From contig JBBRNJ010000136.1 of assembly GCA_038230375.1 (NCBI GenBank), positions 1-12,369 of the forward strand: a DNA stretch of 12,369 nt, given 5' to 3'. The notes beneath the pieces are model-generated. The model was not told the DNA's origin. It did no database searches and was given only the letters and a program-made list of their open reading frames with translations. Source of the DNA: Polyangiales bacterium. Lineage in GTDB: Bacteria; Myxococcota_A; Polyangia; Polyangiales; Polyangiaceae. The position numbers were made by a program, and so were the translations under genes. Positions 1 to 9,500 of the stretch are shown piece by piece. The number at the start of each line of letters is the position of its first letter. Position 1 is the first letter of the stretch.

Positions 1-481
1 CCCACTCGATGCCGGCGTAGATGTCCTCGCAGTTCTCGCGGAAGATCACCATGTCGACGTCCTGCGGCTTCTTCACCGGCGACGGCACGCCCTGGAACCA
101 GCGCACGGGGCGCAGGCAGACGTAGAGGTCGAGCATCTGACGGAGCGCCACGTTCAGCGAGCGGATGCCGCCGCCGATCGGCGTGGTGAGCGGGCCCTTG
201 ATGCCGACGAGGTACTTGCGCATGTCCTCGACGGTCGCGTCGGGGAGCCAGTTCTCGAACTTCTTGAACGCCTTCTCGCCGGCGTAGACCTCGTGCCAGG
301 CGATCTTCTTCTTGCCGCCGTACGCCTTCGCGACGGACGCGTCGAGCACGCGCACGCTGGCGCGCCAGATGTCGCGGCCCGTGCCGTCACCTTCGATGAA
401 GGGGACGATGGGGTCGTCGGGGACGTTCAGCTTGTTGCCGGCGCCCATGGTGATGGGTGTGCCTTGCGCGGGAGCGGTCAT
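1..481 (-). CDS. icd: NADP-dependent isocitrate dehydrogenase, N-terminal 160 codons (runs off the left edge)
   Basis: Manual translation from ATG 481: [39 protein letters not shown]...[10 protein letters not shown]...[67 protein letters not shown]. These are hallmark motifs of E. coli/Bacillus-type homodimeric IDH. Absent from the ORF track because it has no stop in the window. Confidence 0.97.
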   Translation of the reverse strand, partial: MTAPAQGTPITMGAGNKLNVPDDPIVPFIEGDGTGRDIWRASVRVLDASVAKAYGGKKKIAWHEVYAGEKAFKKFENWLPDATVEDMRKYLVGIKGPLTTPIGGGIRSLNVALRQMLDLYVCLRPVRWFQGVPSPVKKPQDVDMVIFRENCEDIYAGIEW

Positions 482-485
482 CGAT

Positions 486-491
486 TCCTCC
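486..491 (-). promoter_or_regulatory. Shine-Dalgarno site of icd
   Basis: Minus strand reads cGGAGGAatcgATG. Confidence 0.75.
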
Positions 492-551
492 GAAAAAATA
501 GGGGAAGAGTGACGTAGCACCCCCACTCCCATCGACTCAATGGAGAATCGC

Positions 552-2393
552 TTACAGGGAGAGGTCGCCGCCGCACGGAACGACGATGGCGCGTGACCGA
601 TCCTGAGACCCGACCTTCACGCCGTGACGGCCACACGCGAGCTCGTAGTCACCTGAGCCGTTGCCGACCATGGCGCCATCAACGAAGACGCGATGGCCAT
701 CGAACTGCTTGCCAACGTGAAGAACGCCGCGGCTGCTCTGCACGCGCGGAAGCAGGTCCACGGAGAGCACGGGGATCCCCTTGTCCTCTACCGCAGCTCC
801 GAGGCTGGCACTCGCAAGCCCAGGCTTCGCGGGAGCGGCCATCGCGGGCGCGTCGGCCACCGGCAGCTTGCTCTGCGCCACCCTCGTCGGTGCTCCGCCA
901 CGTTCGATGGCCGCGAGCGCAGGCTTTGCGCGGTTGCGCTGCGTCCGTGCACTCGCGGTGGTGCCGGTGGTCGAGCCCTGCTGCAACATCAGCACCGCCG
1001 CGCAGAACAGTGTGGCTGCGATCAGCACGGCGAACGCCGCGAACGCAACGAGGAGCGCACGAGAGCGACGAGGCGGTGCCGTGGTCCTTTCGGCGGCTGC
1101 ACGCTCGGCTTGCTGACGACGCGCGAGGCCCTCCGCGTAGTCGATATGCGCGAGGCGCGGATCGAACGTGGGCTGCACGGGAACCGCGCCGGACATATCC
1201 GGAAGCACCAGCGGCCGAACCGGAGCGTCGAGCAAGATGTCCCTGGCCGCGTGTGCTGGCCCGTGCGCCCATGGCGATGCCGCCGCGCTCGCGGCCTTGG
1301 GGGGCGGGAACATCGCAGCCCACATCGGAGGCGGCTGCGCGCTCTCGAGGGTGGGCCTGCCGCCGACGCTCTCGATGCTCGCCTCGATCATGCGTGCGAG
1401 CGGCACGGGTGCCGACTCTGGAGCCTGCGGGGCTTCCGCGAACAGCGGGATCGGAAGCGATGCGGGCTCGGTGACCGGGGCGAGCTCAGGATCCACGGGA
1501 GGGGAGAACGGGTAGGGCTGCGTTCGCGGTATGGAGGTGGCGGGGCTGATCGCGGGGCTGGGCACGGGCGCACTCATCAACGGCGGGCTCATCACCGGCG
1601 TCATGCGCTGGCTGGGTGCGTCGATGGCGGGCGCTGCCGACGTTGACCTTCGTGTGGCGGGCGCCTTTTCGGACACCTCCAGATCGAGGATTGGACTCAC
1701 CGGCGGATGATCGCCGTGCGAGATGCGTGCGCCACCGAGCGCCCCTGCAAGCTGGCGCATCTGCGGAACGGGCGCGCGGAGCAGGTCCTGGAACAGATCG
1801 GTGTGGTTGCGCGTCGGGACGCCCAGGCTCTTCGGGGCGATCATCGTCGGCATGGTCGAAGGCGGCCTGGACCCTGGCTTGGTGGTGACGGGCGCAGGGT
1901 CGCGGTGCGGCTCATCGTTCACGGAGAGCGTGGACAGCGCGCGGGCAGCAGCCGCGGCGAGCGCAGGGGTTTTCGGGGCCTCGCTCGCCGGCAACGTGGG
2001 CGTGGACTCGGGGCAGGGCGGCAGCGAGGGAAGTGTCCCGCTCGGCTCCGGCGCGAGATCTCTGGTCACGTCGGGCGTCGTGTCACCCGGTTCCTGGGGC
2101 GCCTCTTGCGAGAGCAGCTGCAGGGTCGGCGGTTCGCCGGGGATCTCCAGCGTCTCAGCATCGAGAATATCGTCTGGCGAGAGCTCCTGGGTCGCGTTCG
2201 CGCTCAGGTCTCCACTTCCGGCTCGGCTCGTCGGTCGGACCGCGCTCGGTGGCGGCCCATCGATCTGTCGCAGCAGCTCGGCGGCGTCGTCCTCGGAGAG
2301 CGAGTCACGGCGCGCCGTGCGCGTGGAGTCGGCGGGATCGGTCGCGGTCTGCTCCGCTTCGTCGCCGTCGTGCGCACCATACGAGAACGCCAT
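552..2393 (-). CDS. Pro/Ala-rich single-pass membrane protein (~613 aa) with a C-terminal PEGA-like beta domain; function unknown
   Basis: Same frame as ORF 552..2693. The start is moved to ATG 2393 ([10 protein letters not shown]...) because AGGAG lies 6 nt upstream (2400-2404) and the further 100 codons are AT-richer and look like intergenic DNA. The protein has a long low-complexity region, then RRSR, then a hydrophobic helix [25 protein letters not shown] (~984-1058). It ends in [12 protein letters not shown]...[11 protein letters not shown]...VVPCGG, resembling the PEGA pattern 'V(F/Y)VDG..G.....L..G.H.V'. Confidence 0.8.
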   Translation of the reverse strand: MAFSYGAHDGDEAEQTATDPADSTRTARRDSLSEDDAAELLRQIDGPPPSAVRPTSRAGSGDLSANATQELSPDDILDAETLEIPGEPPTLQLLSQEAPQEPGDTTPDVTRDLAPEPSGTLPSLPPCPESTPTLPASEAPKTPALAAAAARALSTLSVNDEPHRDPAPVTTKPGSRPPSTMPTMIAPKSLGVPTRNHTDLFQDLLRAPVPQMRQLAGALGGARISHGDHPPVSPILDLEVSEKAPATRRSTSAAPAIDAPSQRMTPVMSPPLMSAPVPSPAISPATSIPRTQPYPFSPPVDPELAPVTEPASLPIPLFAEAPQAPESAPVPLARMIEASIESVGGRPTLESAQPPPMWAAMFPPPKAASAAASPWAHGPAHAARDILLDAPVRPLVLPDMSGAVPVQPTFDPRLAHIDYAEGLARRQQAERAAAERTTAPPRRSRALLVAFAAFAVLIAATLFCAAVLMLQQGSTTGTTASARTQRNRAKPALAAIERGGAPTRVAQSKLPVADAPAMAAPAKPGLASASLGAAVEDKGIPVLSVDLLPRVQSSRGVLHVGKQFDGHRVFVDGAMVGNGSGDYELACGRHGVKVGSQDRSRAIVVPCGGDLSL

Positions 2394-2779
2394 GGGCGTC
2401 TCCTGCTGGCGCTCTCGGATCACGAGGTCAGTCGGGGCATACCCACCGAGCGCCCGACCGAGTACGTCGCCCGTGGTCGATCCACCCGTTTCCCGAACCT
2501 TTTGGATTCGTTTCGGCTGCGAGCGGGCGCCTGTAAAAGCGTTCGTCACGTGAGCGAGGGTCACTGTGTACGGTTTTGTCGCCCACGCAAGGACACCCCT
2601 CCAAATATTCAGGAGAGCGGCGGTAAGTGACCGGAATGGCGTAACAATAAATCGAGCCGTTTCGGTGCGCTCCGTCATCGCCAGTGGTCGCACGGCACGT
2701 GAACAGGTGTAGAGTCTACGCGCTCGCGATGGGGGCGGCGGTTTCTCCGTCCAAAGCTCCAGTCGCGGCGCTCACAGGA

Positions 2780-2785
2780 AGAGGA
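2780..2785 (+). promoter_or_regulatory. Shine-Dalgarno site for the TTG start at 2793
   Basis: GAGGAG followed by tcgacg and a T-run into the TTG start at 2793. Confidence 0.65.
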
Positions 2786-2792
2786 GTCGACG

Positions 2793-5700
2793 TTGAGAAA
2801 GCCGATGGTCTTTGCGGTGGCCCTCTCCTGCGCCATTGTCCCCGCGCTCACGCACGCCCAGCAGCCGAGCACGGCGCGCTGGGTGGCCGAGACACCCGAC
2901 GCCATGATCGACTCCGCCACGGCACGAGCGACTGCTCCGTCGGCAAGCATCGACGAGGGGCTCGCCTCGATCGCGGAGATCGCACGGCTCGACACGCGCG
3001 CCACGTTCGGCAAGGCACGCACCGCGCTCGCGGCCATCGCCGCGAAATCGCCCGCGCTCGCCGCCGATGCCTCCCTGGTGGGTCGCGCGCTCGCACCGGA
3101 CGAAGGCGATCCTGCGGGCATCGCTGCGGACGTCAACCTTGGCGTGGTGACGAAGCTCGTCGTCATTGGTCCGTTCCGCGACACCGGCGGCGGGCTCGAT
3201 CGCAAGGACGGACCGGAGGGCACAGGTGCGTTCTCCGACATGAAGGCCTCGTACGCGTGGGGCACCGTGGACGTGAGGCCGCGGGCCGTACCGGAGGCAG
3301 CACCGCAGGCGAGCGGGCTCCCGCTGGACCTCTTCATCGCGCCGCGCCGCGAGAGCTGCACGCTGGTGGCCACCAAGCTCACGCTCTCGAAGGACACCAC
3401 GTTCGTGCTGTCGCTCGCATCGAGCGGGCAGGTCGCGCTCTCGTTCGACGGGGCGCAGGTCGCGAAGGGCGAAGAGGTGCTGAAGTCCGGCCTCTTCGAG
3501 CGCCTTGCCACGAAGATCACGGCGAAGAAGGGCGATCACCTCGCCGTTGCGAAGATCTGCTCGGGCGCGCTGGAGGACGATGGCCGGGTCCGCCTCCGCA
3601 TCACCGACCCCACATCGGGCGGACCCGCCGCGGACGTCCGCACCAGCACCGAGCTCATCGACGCTTCTGGACTCCAGGCCGGCCCCGCCGCGAAGGCCAC
3701 GTTCAAGGCGGAGGCGATCGCAACGCCGCTCTCTCGCGCGCTTGCCGCGAAGGACCACCCGCTCGCGACCGCGGTGTTGCGCACGCTTGGTGGTGCGGAC
3801 GATCTCCGAAGCCCGCGCGCGCCCGGCCTCCTCGACAAGGTCGCTCAGGATCCTGCCGTCACACCGGACGCACTCGCGATGACAGGCTGGATCACGCCGT
3901 CTGGCGCGAACCGCAGCGGCTGGCTCGATCGCGCGCGCACGCTCGGCCTCGCGAAGGGTGACACTGCCGCGGCCACATTCGCGCTCCGTCGTCTCGTCGC
4001 TGAACGCACGCAGGGCGGCATGGGTGACTGGGCGCGCGCGTCGTGGATGGCGGGCCGTGGTACGGCCAAGGATTTCGAGGCCACGCTGCTCGACGCACTC
4101 ACCGACGAAGCCATCGGCGGCGAGCTGCCGCGCATCACCGCACGCACGAAGCTCTTCTCGACGTTTGCCCAGGCGAAGGACAAGGTGCCCACGGCGCTCC
4201 TGTTCGAGCTCGCGCGCCTCACCCGCGCCGACGACGCCACCGCGTTCGCGGAGGTGGGCGGAGAGCTCGCGCGCCGCGGCTACGGCGGTCTCGACAGCGT
4301 CACCGCGCAGAGGAGCAAGGGGCGCGCCGCCGTGCTTGCGGCCGCGAAGCACGCGTTCGACGTCGTCGCCTTCGCCGACCAGGACGAGGCCCTCGCGGTC
4401 GTAGATGCGGTCGCAGAGGCAGGCGATCACGAGGCCGCCGCCGCGCTCGCCACGGTGCTGGTGTCGTACGCGCCGAACAGCGACGGCGCATGGTCTCGCT
4501 TCGCAGACGAGACCGCCTCTTCCTCGGCTGGTCCTGGGTCGCCCCTGGTGCTCCGCGCCCTCATGCGCGCGCGCTCCCTCGCGCCCGGCGAGGCCCGCTA
4601 CCGCGCTCTCACCAAGATGCGGAGCCTTGAGACGCAGTCGCGCTCCGACTTCCACGCGGACGAGAAGAACCTCGCCCAGAGCGAGGTGATCCTGGCGCGA
4701 AGGCAGGGAGTCCCGCAGGGCGTCACGCAGGTCGCCGATCGCGAGCTCCACTGGCTCCGCGCCGTCACGCTTCATCCAGACGGTCGCATCTCACAGCTGC
4801 TCCACTACGCGCGCGAGATCGTCATTCCCCCGCGAACGGAGAGCGAGCTCTACGAGGACCTCCCGATGGAGGGCGCCCTTGCCGAGATCCTCCGCGCACG
4901 CGTGCACCGCAAATCAGGCGGCGTCGCGACCCCGACCGAGGAGCACAACGAGGGCACGCGGCCGCGCATCCGCTGGCCGGAGCTGTTCGCGGGCGACACC
5001 GTGGAGGTCGCCATTCGCGTGTGGACGGGCACCGCCGTCGGCGGCCGCGGGGACGCGCCGTTCTTCTTCCTCGACTATGCAGGCGCGCCTGCAACGCACC
5101 CGCTCCTCTACAACGAGGTCGTCGTCGACACGCCGAAGGACAAGCCGCTCTTCGTGGACGTGATCCACGCGCAGCCCGAAGGCATGACGGTCACCCGCGG
5201 CGAGGAGAACGGCCGCGTCACCCAGCGCTACGTCTGGCAGAAGCCCGTCGCGGTGCCCGAGGAGCCGCTGTCGCCTGCGCTCTCCGAGATCGTCCCCGTG
5301 ATCGTCGGCAGCACCTACAAATCCTGGGCCGACTTCCGCAAGTGGTACGCGGACGCGGTGAAGGGCTTCACGGAGCCGGACGAGCAGGTGAAGCGCATGG
5401 CCGCGGAGCTCACGAAGGGCAAGAAGACACGTGACGAGAAGCTGTCCGCGCTCTTCAACTTCGTCGCGGACGACATCCGCTACGTGAACTACGTGAGCGG
5501 TGAATGGTGGCTGCCGAACCGCCCGCAACAGCTCCTCGCACGTCGCGAAGGCGACTGCGACGACAAGGCACTCCTCCTCATCACGCTCCTCCGCGCCGTC
5601 GGAATCGAGGCCGAAGAGGTCATGGTGCAGACGCGCCTCACGGCGATGCCGTCCATCGTGCTCGCGAAGAACGTGGCCGTGCCCATGTTCGATCACGGCA

Positions 5701-6512
5701 TTGCGTTCCTTCCCGGGCCGAACGGCGGGATGTACCTGGACGCCACCAGTCCCGAGTCGCGCCTAGGACCGCTGCCCTCGATGGACGGACACGCCGTCGC
5801 GCTGCGGATGAACGCTGCGGACGAGATCGTGGAGCTGCCGGGCAGCAGGCCGGAGGATCACGGCTCCGACGTGAAGTGGGCGATCAAGCTCTCTGCCGCG
5901 GGCGACGCCGACCTCGAGGGCGACGAGCGCCACACCGGCGACGGCGCGTTCTATCTGCGCACGTACCTCACGCAGGCAGACGCGCGCGTGCAGTACGTGG
6001 AGAACAACCTGCTCGGCCTGTGGTTCCCCACGGTGGAGCTCGACAAGAAGGTCGACTTCGAGCCCAACCTCGCGGGCGGCGCCGCGCGTGTTCGCTACAA
6101 GGCTCGCTCGCAAGGCTACGCACGCAAGGAGAAGGACGAGCTCGTGGTCACGCTCTCGCCGAGCCAGACGCTGTCCTCGCAGCTCGCGCCATTGCTCAAG
6201 CGGACTTTGCCTCTGGAGCTGCCGCCGTATCTCGCGCCCAGCCATCAGGACAAGACGCTCTCCATCTCTGCACCACCCGGATACAAGGTCGGTTCGCTGC
6301 CGGACGGAGGCATCGTCGACGGCGGAGACCTGGGCCGCGCAAGCCTCACCGTCACGCCGGACGGGAAGGGGAAGGTGTCCGTGAAGCGCAGCGTCGTGTT
6401 CGGCGTGCACCGCATCCCCACGGACAGATACCCGGCGTTCCGGAAGTTCGTCACCGATGTTGACGCCCTCATGCACAAGACGGTGCGCTTCGTGCCGGAG
6501 AACGAGAAATGA
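2793..6512 (+). CDS. Secreted DUF3857-like / transglutaminase-like (papain-fold) protein with intact Cys-His-Asp triad, 1239 aa
   Basis: Sec-type signal peptide MRKPMVFAVALSCAIVPALTHA|QQ. DUF3857-like segment (VTLHPDGR...ILRARVHRKSGG...WPELFAGDTVEV, ~4730-5300). Transglutaminase-like core FNFVADDIRYV...LLARREGDCDDKALLLITLLRAVG (Cys922, 5556-5558), FDHGIAF (His968, 5694-5696), MYLDAT (Asp983, 5739-5741). C-terminal beta domain (ISAPPGYKVGSLP...RIPTDRYPAFRKF). Strong GC3 codon bias. Confidence 0.88.
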   Translation: MRKPMVFAVALSCAIVPALTHAQQPSTARWVAETPDAMIDSATARATAPSASIDEGLASIAEIARLDTRATFGKARTALAAIAAKSPALAADASLVGRALAPDEGDPAGIAADVNLGVVTKLVVIGPFRDTGGGLDRKDGPEGTGAFSDMKASYAWGTVDVRPRAVPEAAPQASGLPLDLFIAPRRESCTLVATKLTLSKDTTFVLSLASSGQVALSFDGAQVAKGEEVLKSGLFERLATKITAKKGDHLAVAKICSGALEDDGRVRLRITDPTSGGPAADVRTSTELIDASGLQAGPAAKATFKAEAIATPLSRALAAKDHPLATAVLRTLGGADDLRSPRAPGLLDKVAQDPAVTPDALAMTGWITPSGANRSGWLDRARTLGLAKGDTAAATFALRRLVAERTQGGMGDWARASWMAGRGTAKDFEATLLDALTDEAIGGELPRITARTKLFSTFAQAKDKVPTALLFELARLTRADDATAFAEVGGELARRGYGGLDSVTAQRSKGRAAVLAAAKHAFDVVAFADQDEALAVVDAVAEAGDHEAAAALATVLVSYAPNSDGAWSRFADETASSSAGPGSPLVLRALMRARSLAPGEARYRALTKMRSLETQSRSDFHADEKNLAQSEVILARRQGVPQGVTQVADRELHWLRAVTLHPDGRISQLLHYAREIVIPPRTESELYEDLPMEGALAEILRARVHRKSGGVATPTEEHNEGTRPRIRWPELFAGDTVEVAIRVWTGTAVGGRGDAPFFFLDYAGAPATHPLLYNEVVVDTPKDKPLFVDVIHAQPEGMTVTRGEENGRVTQRYVWQKPVAVPEEPLSPALSEIVPVIVGSTYKSWADFRKWYADAVKGFTEPDEQVKRMAAELTKGKKTRDEKLSALFNFVADDIRYVNYVSGEWWLPNRPQQLLARREGDCDDKALLLITLLRAVGIEAEEVMVQTRLTAMPSIVLAKNVAVPMFDHGIAFLPGPNGGMYLDATSPESRLGPLPSMDGHAVALRMNAADEIVELPGSRPEDHGSDVKWAIKLSAAGDADLEGDERHTGDGAFYLRTYLTQADARVQYVENNLLGLWFPTVELDKKVDFEPNLAGGAARVRYKARSQGYARKEKDELVVTLSPSQTLSSQLAPLLKRTLPLELPPYLAPSHQDKTLSISAPPGYKVGSLPDGGIVDGGDLGRASLTVTPDGKGKVSVKRSVVFGVHRIPTDRYPAFRKFVTDVDALMHKTVRFVPENEK

Positions 6513-9500
6513 AGAAGCTCTCACTCTGCCTCGGGGCACTCATCCTCGCCGCGTGCGGTGGTCCTCCTGGCGCGGTCGCCCCGAAGGCCACCGGCAGCGC
6601 CACCGCGCAGAACGCCGCGCTCGTGTCTGCCATGGAGCTCGAGGTACACGGCGACCAGGAGGCCGCCGCGCGCGCCTACCTCGACGTGCTCGTCGCGTCG
6701 TCGTCCTCATCGGATGCGCTCGCTGTTGCGCGCGCTGTCGCCGCGTCGGACGCGCTCGTTTCGCGGTCACCCATTCCCGGCATCCACGGTGCGCTCCTGG
6801 ATCGCACGGCGACCCAACCTCGCGCGACGCTCGAGTCTGCGTATGCTGGTGCCACGGGGCCATTCGGCAAGGGGATCATCGCGCGCACGCTGACGCGAAT
6901 CGCCGAGAACGCGGGCGATCCCGTGGCCGCCGAGACATGGCGTGCGCGCGGTGGCTGCGTCCGCAGCGCTGCCATGTTCGGCCCGGTATCGTGGTCCAGC
7001 GTGCTCGCCACGGGCGAGGCGGACCCCCTTGCGGAGCCGGGTACGCCCATGCCGGCCGAGGCGCGGTCGGAGGCCGCAATGCTTCGTGTCGTGAAGCGTG
7101 TAGATTACACGGATCGCGGCTGCTTCATCGACGCGGCCGCAGTGTCCGATGAGGGCGGCGTGCGCGAGATCCTCGTGGACGTGGACGTGCCGCGCGCTGG
7201 GACAGTCGGCGTCGTGCTGCACTCACTCTCCAATGCGGTCCTGCGGGCGCAGGGTCGGATGATCGTCACGCGCGGATACGACGAGGGCGGCGAGCTCGTG
7301 AGCACCTATGGCACCTTCAGCGCCACGGCGGGGACCGTGAGGCTCGCGGTGCGCGTCGGGCTCGAGTCCCGTGGGCAAGGCGTGGAGGTGGACGTGTTCG
7401 GCGCGGACGGTGCTCCGCTCGCCACGCACGCACCCGCTGCGGGCAGCGTTGCCACCTCGAAGGTCTCGGACGAGGCGGAGATCGCAGCCACGCTGAGCAC
7501 GCCCGCGGACACGCTCGTCGCCTCCGCATTCGCGCTGGCAAGTGGACGGGGTCGTCGCGTCGAGCGCCTGCTCACCGAGAAGCCACTCAAGGGCAAGGAG
7601 GCGCCGCTCGCTAACGTGCTGCTCGCGCGTGCCCTCACGTCCGCGACCGATCTGCCGCCAGTGGAGCGTGCGGAGCGTCAGCGCGCGGTCGTGGAGACCG
7701 TGCTCACCCAGTGGCCCGACGCGTGGGAGCAGATCGCACTGCACGCAGCGCTCGCCGCGCAGCGAAAAGGCGCGGGGGAGGCCAAGCTCGAGGCCCTCGC
7801 GGATCTCGATGCACACAAGGGCAAGGCAACACCGTCGGGTGCGCCGTTGCTCGCGCTGTTCGAGGCCATGCTTGCGGCCGAGGCGCGCATCTACGACCGC
7901 ACGAACGTGGCGCTCACACGCGCCCAGGCCCCGCTCGGCAAGACGGGCATCTTCGCCGAGGCCACCGCCCGGGTCGTACCCCGCACGCCGCGCGAGTCGA
8001 TCGATGTATTCTGCAACAGTCCCTACAAGGCCGACTACGCCTGCTACCACACGCTGACGGCCAACGCGGAATGGGACCGCGCCCGCGCCGAGCTCGCACG
8101 ACTGCGCGCGCTCCTGGGGGCTCCGAAGGGGCTCATGGGCGCAGAGGCCACGCTGGCGATCGGCCGCGGCGATCGCGAACTCGCGAAGCGCATCTCGAAG
8201 GACGCGCTGCCGGGCGAACGCACCATCGCGCTCTCGCTGCTCGCCGGGGACACGGGCGGCTCGCCGCTCGACCTTGCGCGCACCGCGCCGGACTCTCCGC
8301 GCGCGCTGCTCTGGGCGGAGTCCTGGACGAACGCGAGCCCGCTTGCGGCGTTCGCGGGTCGCGCCGAGGCCGCGGTCGCGAAGTCGAAGACGGAGAAGGG
8401 CGGTGATGCCGCCACGACCATCCTCGATCGCGAGGAGCGCTACGAGCTCACCGACGCAGGCGTACTCCACTACGTGGTCTTCGACGTGCGCAAGGTATCC
8501 GGCACTGCGGACGTGGAGTCCAATGCCCAGGCTGGCGCGCCGGCGCTGTTCGGCCGGGACGCGTCGCGTGTCCTTCGCCGTCGCATCCTCAAGAAGGACG
8601 GTCGCGTGCTCACGCCCGAGCAGACACCGCACGCGCAGCAGCAGCACGCCGATCTCGCGCAGCTCGAGACGGGCGACGCCGTGGAGGCCATCTACGAGGG
8701 CATTGCGCTTCCGGGAGACAACGGCGCGATCGCGTTCGACTCGCCGGATCTGCTTCCCGCGCGCACCGCGGTGCGGTCGGCCACGGTCACCGTCACGCTC
8801 CCCGCGAGCCTCCGCGATCGGCTGATCGCTCACCCGATGCTGGGCGCCGCGAAGGAGAAGGCGTCCGGCGCGAACGTGGAGCTCAGGTACGCGCTCACGG
8901 ATGCGCCGGTGCGGCGCCTGGAAGACGGAGTGCCGCGGATGGATCGCTCTGTTGGCATAGTGTTCTCGTCTGCGTCGTGGGGCGGGCTCGCGCGCGCCAT
9001 CGGTGAGACCGAGCGTTCACTGGAGGGCGCGTCCACGGAGCTCGCCGCACTGGCGGCGCTGCTTGCTGCGGACAAGACGGATCGCGAGAAGATCGATCAC
9101 GTCGTGACCCTCACCGGGCAGCGCCTGAAGCAAGGCCTGCCAGGCGCGTTCGCGGACTTCGAGGGGCAGCGCCCGTCGGGCGGACAGAGCGTGCAGCTGC
9201 GCACGTTCCTGGCGTCCCACGAGGGGAGCCGCACCTTCATGGCGAAGAAGGTACTGGCTGCCGTGAACGTTCCCTCGGAGATCGTCGTCGCCGAGAGCGA
9301 GCCGTTCTCCGCGAACCCGCAGATGGTGCCGCACGTCGGGCGGTTCTCGCACCCACTGCTCCTCGTCCATCCGCAAACACCTCCGGCCACCCCGGGCACA
9401 TCCGCCGGGGCCGGCGAGAAGCGCGACGACGTCTGGCTCGACCTTGACGTTCCTGGCCCGCCGCTTCCGGCCGGTCGTGTCTCGCCCGAGCTCCGTGGCA

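Noticed and set aside
154..517. Small ORFs 154..390, 293..517 and 312..512
   Set aside because: They are shadows of icd, which occupies 1-481 on the minus strand.
511..540. Sigma70-type promoter for icd (TTGAGT ... TGcTACGTC on the minus strand)
   Set aside because: The -10 candidate lacks the conserved final T and the spacing is 18 bp; too weak to call.
2394..2693. N-terminal 100-codon extension of the 713-aa ORF
   Set aside because: Atypical AT-richer composition, a good SD in front of ATG 2393, and the need for promoter space for two divergent genes.
2684..3961. 425-aa same-strand alternative-frame ORF (also 5504..6463, 6457..7152 and 7711..8406)
   Set aside because: Arg-rich off-frame translations typical of high-GC DNA; the main frames are uninterrupted, so no frameshift needs to be invoked.
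2772..4775. 667-aa antisense ORF, and similar ones at 4914..5696, 5763..6539, 7223..8833, 9017..10036, 693..1646, 1707..2630 and 11366..11800
   Set aside because: They lie antisense to well-supported genes. Long stop-free shadow frames are expected with strong GC3 bias, and the translations are Arg/Gly-rich with no motifs.
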